Shown here: piece by piece, positions 1 to 9,020 of the stretch
Position numbering within the stretch: the stretch's first letter is position 1
Layout: every line of letters starts with the position of its first letter
NCBI GenBank assembly: GCA_044226015.1
Contig: JBGAHS010000002.1
Span: forward strand, 593,571 to 657,570
Source of the DNA: Candidatus Obscuribacteraceae bacterium
GTDB lineage: Bacteria > Cyanobacteriota > Vampirovibrionia > Obscuribacterales > Obscuribacteraceae
Direction of reading: 5' to 3'
DNA: 64,000 bases
The notes under the pieces: generated by a model
What the model was told of the DNA's origin: nothing
The model's input: the letters and a program-made list of their open reading frames with translations, nothing else
Databases searched by the model: none
Translations under genes and position numbers: made by a program

Positions 1-274
1 AGACCAGACAGAATAGGTTGAAGACTATTCCCGCCGTCAGAATAGACTTAGCACGGGGCAGAGAATGCTCACGCACTTTATCGATCGCAATGCCCATCAA
101 CCAGCAGGCTGTCGACAGCGCGAATAGCAAAGCACCATAAGCGGGCATCCAGCTCATGTAGAAGAAGTAGCTAGAAGCCACAACCAGAGCCAATCGCGCC
201 TTGCCTTGCAGCTTCCAATAGAGGAAAACCACAATGGGCAAAAATATGAAATATTGGATGCTGCTAAAAATCAC
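1..274 (-). CDS. MBOAT family O-acyltransferase (AlgI/DltB-like), 5' part only, runs off the window
   Basis: Manual translation from GTG at 274: VIFSSIQYFIFLPIVVFLYWKLQGKARLALVVASSYFFYMSW..., the typical MBOAT N-terminus (xFxSxxF...ASYxFY). Not in the ORF track. Confidence 0.8.
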   Translation of the reverse strand, partial: MIFSSIQYFIFLPIVVFLYWKLQGKARLALVVASSYFFYMSWMPAYGALLFALSTACWLMGIAIDKVREHSLPRAKSILTAGIVFNLFCLV

Positions 275-592
275 CGCTTGGCTGATCCTTCCGAGCTAAC
301 TTAAACTAGCAGAAAGCTTATGAATGTTAGCATCCTGCCTCTTGTCATTCATTGCTTAGATTTCAATTTTGCCGCGTTGAATTCAATATATTTAAGGATG
401 CCCCCCATTTTTCAGCACCCAAGGGGAACTTGCAAACAGCTCTTGCAGGCTAAGTTCTTCTAATACTTTGCCACACACCGTTTTTGTAACAAAGTGACCC
501 TCCGATAATGCGATTAGCATGAACGGAATCGACTTGCTGAATGCGGTAGTTGGCGCCATTATTAGCTGCCGGTTGCCGGTAGTTTTACTCAG

Positions 593-3502
593 ATGTCTTC
601 ACTCACCTCGCCAACACAAACTTCAACAAAGGACGCTTCGAAAGCTCGCAAGCAACTTTGGCTGAATCTGTTTTGTATTGGCTTGCTGGCGCTTGTGGTT
701 CTGGGGTGCTTCCACAGAACGGTTTTTCGCGGACAGCCTATTTCGCGCGTCTATCAATTAGGTCAGCGAGACACGCTCTATTCGAAATATTTTGTGCCAG
801 CTCGTGAGGGCTACGATGCCTCTGTCTATCAATACTTCGTACCATCACATTATTTTTTGACAGAACAGCTGAAGAAAGGTGTGCTTCCTCTGTGGAATCC
901 TCTCGCGGGCTGCGGAGCCCCTTTCCTTGCAGATGTTGAGACGGCTGTGTTCTGGCCGGCGAGGTTGCTTACACTCTTTTTGCAACCACTAAAAGCATGG
1001 AATTTGCTTATCGTCTGTAACTTAGTCAATTTTGCCATCGGAACATTCGTGCTGGGCAAACTGATGAATTTGCGCCGCTACGCAATCATCTTCGCTTCAT
1101 TGACAATGGCGTTCTGCCCATTCCTAGTATTTCAGTCCGAGCTAATCGGCTCATCGTCATCCATGATACCGTGGGTAATGGCAAGTTTTGTTTATATGCA
1201 TAAAAGCAGACGTCTTTTAGCAAAGCCGCTAGCAGGCTTTGCCTGTGCAGTGATGATTCTCTCGGGACACCCTGAGCCTTCCTTTTTTGGAATTGTTTGT
1301 TCAAGCATGCTTCTGATTTGCATGAGCATTTTAGATAGTGGGCAGGGTAGTACCTGGTGGAAACGATCAGGCGAATCACTTCTAGACATTGCTATTGTTG
1401 GCGCATTCGCATTTGGCTTCTGCTCGTTTATGTTATTGCCTTTTCTGGAACTTCTGAAAACATCAGACTGCTACAAACTGGGTTTAACCGGACATCGATT
1501 TGGCGTTCCGTTGAACAGCATCCTCGTAAATTTGCTGCATCCAGCATACGGAAATTCTAGTCCATTTTTAGGAATTCTCTGCGTTCCATTAGTATTGATC
1601 GGAGCATGGTTCAGCTTCGGCAAGGGAGGCGACAAAGGAGCAAAAGCCCTTCTTATTTGCAGTCTTATTTCAATAGCCCTAATGAGCCAGCTGGGTCCAC
1701 TTGATTTACTGATGAACTCGAAAGCATTTTCCTGGTTTGTACCGAAGTACTGTTGGCCGTCGCTACTACTGATGATAAGCATTCTTTCCGGCTACGGTTT
1801 TCAATGCATAGTTGACGACTCAAGGCAAAACTGGAGACGCAGTTCAATTCTTGCACTAACAACTTGCTTAATCAGCCTTGCCGCACTCTGCGCAGTGAGG
1901 ATGGTTCCTAGCCTACTCGAATGTATCAGACAAGACGAAGCATTCGATCACATGCAAATAATTAGCAAATTCTGGACACGAGACATAATTCTCATCACTA
2001 TATTCGGTGTCGTAGTTGCATTGAGTAAATTACTTCGCAAAGCACAAGCACCATTTATAGTACTAACAGGAGCGATCCTCACCGTCCTCAGCATCGCCCC
2101 TGTAACAAAGCAAGCAGCGCCAATCACAGGTCCATTTAATTACGATCTGGTAGACCCGATTCCATTTCTACAACAATCGGAGCAACGCATTGTGACAATG
2201 GGGCGGCACGTGCTCTGCCCATCAACAAACTTCTGCTTTGGCATCAACAACATAGTTCCTGTAAACGTCTATCACCCCAAACGATTCCAAAACTTCCTCA
2301 TCGCGATGGGTGTAACACCAGAAGGCGTTAACCAGTTTTTCGATGGCAGGCTGAACCCTGCAACAGCAATGGCTTCAGTCAAATATGTTGTTACTCCGCA
2401 ACCAGTGCTCGACAAAAGCGAGTCACTTCCAGAGCCGATTTTAATCAAAATTTCCAACAAGGTTACGTGGGGTGATAACGACCTTCTGGAACTCAAAGGT
2501 GCGGGACTCAGGTACGACCCGCAAAACAATGAACTACTGGGTAGCATCAAAATAAATGTAGATACAGACAAAGCACGTGATATAGCACTTCAGCCAATTC
2601 TATTGGATGAACACGATAATGTTTTATGGCTAGGCGATGCAGAACGCCTGCTCTATCTTTTCGCGAAAACGGGCAATGAAAAACGACTGGAACTTGTAAA
2701 AGACCTCGTCGTGCCGGTACCGAAATCCACAGATAAAGCCTTGCTTGCCTTGCAAGCTTTCGACTGGAGAACAATGAAGTTTTTGCAGCTTGGAAGCACC
2801 TCATACTCCGCCGACACGACCAAACAGAAACTTGCATTAGCAAAGATTGACGCCAAAGCAGGGCTGGTTCAGAGTGACTTGTTCAATCCAGAGCCAAGCT
2901 CTGAGTCAAGAAATTTCAAGCTAGTTCAAGAGACAGCGAGTCACGTAAGAGTATATGAGAATACGCTCGCACAACCAATGGCGAGACTAGCTACAAGCGT
3001 CATCGCGGTTCGCAACGCAGATGACGCATTAGCACAAATAACGTCTGGAGCAAAGAACGAGCAGTACAAAATAGTGTTGGATGCAAACGACTCGCTTGCT
3101 GCTTTCGATAAATTGCAAGTCCTCAGCAATTCGATAGGTTTAAACAGCTCTCAACACAATGCAGACAGGGCGAAATTCCAACGTAAAGACTGCAACAATA
3201 TCGAGGTAAATGTTGAGACTGCAGCCCGCTCCATATTGTTGGTTGCGGAGAATTATTACCCTGGCTGGTCCGCATCTATAGAACAAGATGGCAAATCCGT
3301 AGAAGCTGAAATAATGCATGGCGACTATTTATTTCAAGCTATTGAGGTTCCCTCAGGAAAATCAAAGGTGCACCTTCACTTCGAACCCAAAGGATTTTCC
3401 ATTGGTCTCATAATCTTGTCAGTCACATCAATAATTGCAGCCCTTGTAATCGCCTTTGATCTCAAAAACACGAAGACCCGATTACCTGAAAGACAAGACT
3501 AG
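593..3502 (+). CDS. YfhO-family multi-pass membrane protein (GT-C-type glycosyltransferase)
   Basis: 969 aa. LPLWNPLAGCGAPFLAD near the N-terminus, SGHPE motif, many TM helices, C-terminal ENYYPGWSA...FQAIEVPSGKSKVHLHFEP plus terminal TM. Confidence 0.85.
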   Translation: MSSLTSPTQTSTKDASKARKQLWLNLFCIGLLALVVLGCFHRTVFRGQPISRVYQLGQRDTLYSKYFVPAREGYDASVYQYFVPSHYFLTEQLKKGVLPLWNPLAGCGAPFLADVETAVFWPARLLTLFLQPLKAWNLLIVCNLVNFAIGTFVLGKLMNLRRYAIIFASLTMAFCPFLVFQSELIGSSSSMIPWVMASFVYMHKSRRLLAKPLAGFACAVMILSGHPEPSFFGIVCSSMLLICMSILDSGQGSTWWKRSGESLLDIAIVGAFAFGFCSFMLLPFLELLKTSDCYKLGLTGHRFGVPLNSILVNLLHPAYGNSSPFLGILCVPLVLIGAWFSFGKGGDKGAKALLICSLISIALMSQLGPLDLLMNSKAFSWFVPKYCWPSLLLMISILSGYGFQCIVDDSRQNWRRSSILALTTCLISLAALCAVRMVPSLLECIRQDEAFDHMQIISKFWTRDIILITIFGVVVALSKLLRKAQAPFIVLTGAILTVLSIAPVTKQAAPITGPFNYDLVDPIPFLQQSEQRIVTMGRHVLCPSTNFCFGINNIVPVNVYHPKRFQNFLIAMGVTPEGVNQFFDGRLNPATAMASVKYVVTPQPVLDKSESLPEPILIKISNKVTWGDNDLLELKGAGLRYDPQNNELLGSIKINVDTDKARDIALQPILLDEHDNVLWLGDAERLLYLFAKTGNEKRLELVKDLVVPVPKSTDKALLALQAFDWRTMKFLQLGSTSYSADTTKQKLALAKIDAKAGLVQSDLFNPEPSSESRNFKLVQETASHVRVYENTLAQPMARLATSVIAVRNADDALAQITSGAKNEQYKIVLDANDSLAAFDKLQVLSNSIGLNSSQHNADRAKFQRKDCNNIEVNVETAARSILLVAENYYPGWSASIEQDGKSVEAEIMHGDYLFQAIEVPSGKSKVHLHFEPKGFSIGLIILSVTSIIAALVIAFDLKNTKTRLPERQD

Positions 3503-3844
3503 AATCTACAGCAAACGAACCTTTGACACTGAATGCATTGCTCGCAGACGAATTCTCGGAATATCCAATCTCACCCCGCGGCATATAGCCCTTTTACACA
3601 ACTTCAAGCAAGATTCAAATTGCAGAAACCAGAGGAACAAAGCCTGATAAGGCTCTCGGCAAGCCGCAAGCTTGTTACTTGTTAGATTCCAGAAAAGGAG
3701 CAGTGTTCTTAAACCGACCTTAGTATTTGAACGCTTTAATGGTGAGCGTCCTTAGAGACACGCCAGCCAAAAAGTAATGGTCGATAGAAAGGTTGTTGCA
3801 GCACGCTTGCTGCAACACCATATTTGGTGCAAACAAGGAGCATA

Positions 3845-4282
3845 ATGAAAATAATCGTACTAAGCTGTGACCCTCAATTCAATTTGAACCTCACAGATGT
3901 ATTAACTCCATACAGAGTCTTCCCAAAACTAAATCTCGAAATCATCAACGTAGTTGAACCTTCACTGGTAGTAGACATGTCACTCTCCCTTGCTGGTGGT
4001 CGCAGCATTTTTCGTCATATCATGGAACAACGAATGATTTATGCAGAACAGAGTGCCCTCATGGCCGAAACAATATTGAGTTCATACGCATCATTGAATG
4101 TGAGCGCCCAAGCAATTTTTGGAGTGCTGAACATTATTGCTATTAATTCAGCCATCAAAAATGATGCAGATCTTTTGATAGTAGACGCTCGCAATCTGTC
4201 GCCTGGCAAGATTGATAGACTAATAAAAAATTGCCCTTGTCCGGTCACGCTGATTGGCAACCCCAGAAAAAAATCAGCCTGA
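3845..4282 (+). CDS. Universal stress protein-like (divergent)
   Basis: ATG at 3845 after AAGGAG. MKIIV...INVVEP...ADLLIV...LIKNCPCPVTLI follows the Usp fold pattern. Confidence 0.65.
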   Translation: MKIIVLSCDPQFNLNLTDVLTPYRVFPKLNLEIINVVEPSLVVDMSLSLAGGRSIFRHIMEQRMIYAEQSALMAETILSSYASLNVSAQAIFGVLNIIAINSAIKNDADLLIVDARNLSPGKIDRLIKNCPCPVTLIGNPRKKSA

Positions 4283-4334
4283 TTAATCAAGCGCATTTTA
4301 GCTTAGGGACTCTGTACCAAGGTATCTAATAAGC

Positions 4335-5840
4335 TCAACTCGCGAACTTGCGAGTGCGCTGTTGAATGTCATCGAGGCGCTCTTTCGCATTCTCTACTGC
4401 TTCCCATGAGCCTGCACGTTCTCGCACCCGCAAAAGCCACAAATAAAATAACTCCGCTTGCTCATAGTTTCGCCTGAACTCGTAAAACTTCGCTAAGAGC
4501 GCAAGGTATGTTTCTAATTCTGGTGCGTCAAGTTCATGCTGAATTGATTGTGATTGAGCAAGTGCAAGATAGGTTCGTTCACTAACCTCGTACTCTTCTT
4601 CCAAGAAACAAAGCTCGGCAAGCCGCGACATAACTCTGCGCGTAAATGCTGATTCATCACCATACAATGCGCGCGACAAGTAGAAAGCCGAATCACATAT
4701 CTTCCTGGCTTCCACCAATTTATCGGCTCGATAAAATTCCTCGCTAATTGAAATCAAGACTTCGACAGGGTTCGGCAAAACTCTCGCCTCAGCATCATCA
4801 TCGTCTTCCATCTCTCTGTAAGCGCGTTGCATGGAATCAATCTTTCGAGAGAGCTGGCGCAAAACCATACTAGCTATTCCGGGGTCCAACCAGTAGCCAC
4901 CATTCACCACTATGCGAATGGCTTTTCCGAGATCACGATTTGGAGTTGATTTTAGATGATAGCCTTCAGCACCATGACCAAAAGCTGAAACGATTTCTTC
5001 AGGACTATCGTGCGCAGTGACCATAATCACTTTAGTAAACGGCAACATGCTTTTGATTTCTGCCATAGCATTCAAACCATTCATTATCGGCATGCCGATA
5101 TCCATCAAAACAATGTCCGGCTGCATTTCGAGCGCCATCTTGATACCGGACTGTCCATTGGTCGCTTGCCCTATTACTTGAATCAGAGGGTCAGTGCGCA
5201 GCGACAGAGTCAAAATCAATCGAGTTACGTCATCATCGTCGACAATTAACACGCGCAACTTGTCTGTAAAAAGGTCGCCATTGTGGCTGCAAAAATTACG
5301 TCGCGCGTTCTCCTGCGCTTTATGGGCTACATATGGATTATCGTCTTCACAAAGCATACCTACAATCTCAGCTGGCAAATTCTTGTTTTCAGCAAGACGA
5401 TATCGAACATCGGCATGTTCGTCTCTAGCCAGTGTAAATAACAGCTCGAAACTTGCATTTGGATTTTCTCCAACTGCCGCACGAACATCAGGGTGGGTAT
5501 TTGCAGCCAATTTTTCCAGTAAATCGAGCGGAGTGTTTGGGTGCTCGGCGACCCGTTCTTGCAATCTATGATCTTCCATCGCGCTAATCCATGTAAGTAC
5601 TTCAGGGGGAGAATTCTCATGCGAACAAAGAATGGTCGAAAACCGATGCAACACCTCAGTTGTATTTTCATTTGTCGACGACCATATTCCAGATGCCTGA
5701 ACGTCTAAACCTATTTTGCTAGCTTCATGCATAATTTGTGTTAGCCAATGTGGCGAACAATCAGTTTCACAAAGTGGACCTTCCGAATTGCCTGTCGGAT
5801 TTTCGCCTAACGAATCTTCTCTGGCTTGCATTACTGCCAC
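4335..5840 (-). CDS. Response regulator: LRV/HEAT-like repeats + REC domain + TPR-like C-terminus
   Basis: Repeats VAEHPNTP...LA / VGENPNAS...LA / LAENKNLP; REC motifs VLIVDDD, DIVLMDIGMP, VTAH, LKS; helical C-terminus YEQAELFY. Confidence 0.8.
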   Translation of the reverse strand: MAVMQAREDSLGENPTGNSEGPLCETDCSPHWLTQIMHEASKIGLDVQASGIWSSTNENTTEVLHRFSTILCSHENSPPEVLTWISAMEDHRLQERVAEHPNTPLDLLEKLAANTHPDVRAAVGENPNASFELLFTLARDEHADVRYRLAENKNLPAEIVGMLCEDDNPYVAHKAQENARRNFCSHNGDLFTDKLRVLIVDDDDVTRLILTLSLRTDPLIQVIGQATNGQSGIKMALEMQPDIVLMDIGMPIMNGLNAMAEIKSMLPFTKVIMVTAHDSPEEIVSAFGHGAEGYHLKSTPNRDLGKAIRIVVNGGYWLDPGIASMVLRQLSRKIDSMQRAYREMEDDDDAEARVLPNPVEVLISISEEFYRADKLVEARKICDSAFYLSRALYGDESAFTRRVMSRLAELCFLEEEYEVSERTYLALAQSQSIQHELDAPELETYLALLAKFYEFRRNYEQAELFYLWLLRVRERAGSWEAVENAKERLDDIQQRTRKFAS

Positions 5841-6125
5841 CTCCGAAACATACCCATTGGATCACTGCATTTCTAATTCTGTTGATTGAAGGTAAAAATC
5901 ACCATTGGAAACCGAAAGACCACAAACGAAAAAACCTCTTTCCATGGGCTTTTGCCGAGTTCATACTTTTATTCTGTTACAAAACTTCTTCGAAAAATAT
6001 CACCCAAAAGAGTGATGATCAGCCGCTCAACACAATTCAACGTGCGCTTTGCCGGTTAAACAAGGAATCGCGAGACTCAGAGCTGAAGCTGATTAACATT
6101 AATGTTAGGGTCGGATGAATTGTGA

Positions 6126-9020
6126 TCAATACAGATCGAATGTTCTTTGCTCAAGCGCTGGAAGATCCAATGCCGGGAGAAAACGCAAGCGAGCGTTTCT
6201 TACTTCAATTCCACTCTTCAAAGCGTCTTTCTTATGCAAGAACAAGAAATCGGGCTGGAATGGAGAGAACATCGGCTGAATTCTTAGACTTCTGAGATGC
6301 ACCATTTCATTCGGAATTGTGTCCGAAAAACTTGTTGTCTTGAACGAACTTGATTTTGCAATGCCAATTGGCTGCCAGCGAGAAGTCCACGAATGAGCTA
6401 GACCTTTTTCGTCAGTGCCAGAAAAACTCAAACTAACAAAACAGGGACGCTCGCCAGAGAGTTTCTTGATTTCGCACGAATATTCGAATCGTATACCTTC
6501 GGGAAGAGAGGGCAGGTTTACCACTGAAACATCAGCAATGAAAGAACTTGGGTCTTTACCAAGAACTTGTTTTGTTTTGTCCTGCAACACGACAGGCGTA
6601 GCCAAAAGCTGCGCCACTGCTGGTGATACCGCTTCCTGGGCAGCATTGAGTCCAGACGAGGCAGTTGGAACCAGTATTCGCAACCTGAACGCGCCGCTCT
6701 GTACACCAGCGGACTCGCTCATATCCCCACTCGCTTGCTGGGTGCGACCTAGTACATGCATTTTTTCGAACACACGAGGGTCGCGATGGTCGAAAGTCGT
6801 AAAACCTTTCGTGTAAGAGAAGCTTCTCAGTGAGGGCAGATACAAAAATCCATCATCAGTTCCATCTGCCTTTGCGTTAGTTCTGTAGTCGCCAAAAAGG
6901 CGAATTTGGGCAGAATCATCGAGCGAAGATACGCTTACGGTATTAGCTGTTCCGGCGTTCAACAGACTTGAATCAAAAGGAACAACCCACCAATTTCTAA
7001 AGCCACGCACGTCCCGAGACATTCCCTCAGCTTGAATAGCTAGACATTGCACAATATCAGTATTGTCTGGCTGCAATTGAGCAAGAGGAACCAGAGGTTC
7101 TTGAATCTTGTGCCCATTTATTTCAATACTGAGTGGGGCGGACAGAGCATCTGAATTGATATCCAGAAGAACGAAAGCAGTCTTAGATTTCGCTGCAAAA
7201 TCAACTGGCAAGACAATAGCTTGACTGAGTTTTGCAGCAGATGGAACTTGAGCACTCCATTCTTTCCAGTCTTGAGATTGAATTGTGTAGACACCAGCAA
7301 CTACACCTGTTCCCAAAAGCAGAGCCGAAATAAATAGAGTGGCAATGTTTGAACCGCGCCTATCCTCGATAACAAATCGGAAAACCTTGTGTACAAGAAA
7401 ACCGACCAGACACAACCCTGCAAAGTCTAACGCTACTGAGAGAAAAGGAGCTAGCGAAATTGAAGCTAGTGGTAAGAATGCCGCAATTAGCGTTGCAAAT
7501 TGCCCAGACAACGAAAGTAGATAAAAGACAAAACCCGCGGAAGCTATCAACGCAAAAAAAGCGGCCCAGCACCTGCGCAATGAAACCTGGACTAGCAACG
7601 ACGCAGCCAACATTACACACGCAGGCATAGCAGTAATCGCGTATCTGCTGATCGCTTCAAATGGAATGTAAGCGAAATGAAAGAGAATAATGGTTCCCAA
7701 AATTGCCGAGGCGGTGAATGTCCGTGAAAGCGTTTTACTGCGAGCATAAAACAGCCCATACGCCAGACCTATAGACCCTAGAAGAAGAAGGAGCTGGTGA
7801 TAGACGTTTTGAACGTCGAGCGGAATTCCAAACAGTGAATAATGATATTCATTCCATTCGCCCGCCCAAAGTCGAGCAACCTTCTTGAACTGCAATCCAA
7901 CAAAAGTAGCTGGATCTGCTTTAGCATCGACAGCTAAAGCAGCAATAACATGGGCGCTATCACCGGGAAAGGTACCGATGAAGGGATAACATCGCCAGGC
8001 GTCTGTTTTGATTTGATTGCCATGAAAAATGTTGAACGACGGCACTCTATTCACAAAAACTGAATACTGCCCACTGGCAGCCTTATTAAAGAACACCCAG
8101 GGTGTCAAGATAACGATAGCGCCGAGAGCTGCCAGCAAGCCGTTTTTGATGTAAGTTCTAAGCAGATTGCCGAAACTCTTCTGGCGAACTTCTTTAGAAG
8201 TCTTCAAAACGAACAGGCGAACAGTAGCAATTAAGACGCAAACTGCCGCCACCATGGGTGGTAGCATGACAAAAGCAGGCTTTGACAGCATGAGCAAACC
8301 GGAAAGGAGTCCGATTCCAACCCACGATGCCGCAACAGGAAAACGCAAAAGCTTAGAATGCCGCAATACCACGGCTAAAGTGAGCGATGTCCATGCGCAG
8401 AGCAAGAAATAACTGAAGGGTTCACTATAACAATGTTGCGTATTGATGATCGCAGCAGGGTAGCTGGCGAAGAGAATGGCCGAAAGCACCGCAGTCTTTT
8501 TATTGAACGCAAATCTGGCGCCAAAGTAAATCAATACGCAAGCAAGAGCGTCAATAACAGAATTGCAGAGGCAAATTTGCACCGAATGCGCATCAAAAAT
8601 TGGGTTTGCCGGGTCCAAGCCTGTTATCCATTCGACCGCGGCTAGATAGGCCGGAAACACAGGACCGTCAATCAATAATCGATCTGTCAGGTTCATTGAA
8701 GTCATAGACTGAAGCAACTGCACATGAGGCTCAGCGGGATGATATATCTTGTTGAAGAACTCAATCACGCCACCGGACGAAGTCGCAGCTTGCAGCAACG
8801 CCGACCCTGAACGCAAGAAATTGTATGCATCTCCAAAATGTGCAATTCGATGCTCCATAAATATCGCGTTGTATAGATATCGCAAGAAAAACGCGAAGGA
8901 AAAGATAAAAGCTGGAAACCACTTAGCTTCGAACGCATTCAACGCAGTCGTCCAGCCTGCCGACTTGCTTGCGGAAGCAGGCTTTGAATCTGCCTTTTCA
9001 CCGGTCTTCACAACGCTCAT
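6126..9020 (-). CDS. ArnT/PMT-like (GT39/GT83-type, GT-C) membrane glycosyltransferase
   Basis: 964 aa. GPVFPAYLA, YPAAIINTQHCYSEPF, RYAITAMP, many TM helices and a soluble C-terminal domain. Confidence 0.75.
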   Translation of the reverse strand: MSVVKTGEKADSKPASASKSAGWTTALNAFEAKWFPAFIFSFAFFLRYLYNAIFMEHRIAHFGDAYNFLRSGSALLQAATSSGGVIEFFNKIYHPAEPHVQLLQSMTSMNLTDRLLIDGPVFPAYLAAVEWITGLDPANPIFDAHSVQICLCNSVIDALACVLIYFGARFAFNKKTAVLSAILFASYPAAIINTQHCYSEPFSYFLLCAWTSLTLAVVLRHSKLLRFPVAASWVGIGLLSGLLMLSKPAFVMLPPMVAAVCVLIATVRLFVLKTSKEVRQKSFGNLLRTYIKNGLLAALGAIVILTPWVFFNKAASGQYSVFVNRVPSFNIFHGNQIKTDAWRCYPFIGTFPGDSAHVIAALAVDAKADPATFVGLQFKKVARLWAGEWNEYHYSLFGIPLDVQNVYHQLLLLLGSIGLAYGLFYARSKTLSRTFTASAILGTIILFHFAYIPFEAISRYAITAMPACVMLAASLLVQVSLRRCWAAFFALIASAGFVFYLLSLSGQFATLIAAFLPLASISLAPFLSVALDFAGLCLVGFLVHKVFRFVIEDRRGSNIATLFISALLLGTGVVAGVYTIQSQDWKEWSAQVPSAAKLSQAIVLPVDFAAKSKTAFVLLDINSDALSAPLSIEINGHKIQEPLVPLAQLQPDNTDIVQCLAIQAEGMSRDVRGFRNWWVVPFDSSLLNAGTANTVSVSSLDDSAQIRLFGDYRTNAKADGTDDGFLYLPSLRSFSYTKGFTTFDHRDPRVFEKMHVLGRTQQASGDMSESAGVQSGAFRLRILVPTASSGLNAAQEAVSPAVAQLLATPVVLQDKTKQVLGKDPSSFIADVSVVNLPSLPEGIRFEYSCEIKKLSGERPCFVSLSFSGTDEKGLAHSWTSRWQPIGIAKSSSFKTTSFSDTIPNEMVHLRSLRIQPMFSPFQPDFLFLHKKDALKSGIEVRNARLRFLPALDLPALEQRTFDLY

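Noticed and set aside
392..559. 55-aa minus-strand ORF MAPTTAFSK... in the MBOAT/YfhO intergenic region
   Set aside because: No ribosome-binding site or recognisable motif, and it lies in a divergent promoter region.
3690..3790. Fluoride or other riboswitch upstream of the Usp-like gene
   Set aside because: Only AAACCG resembles the crcB motif; the conserved GATG/TGATG elements and pseudoknot are missing.
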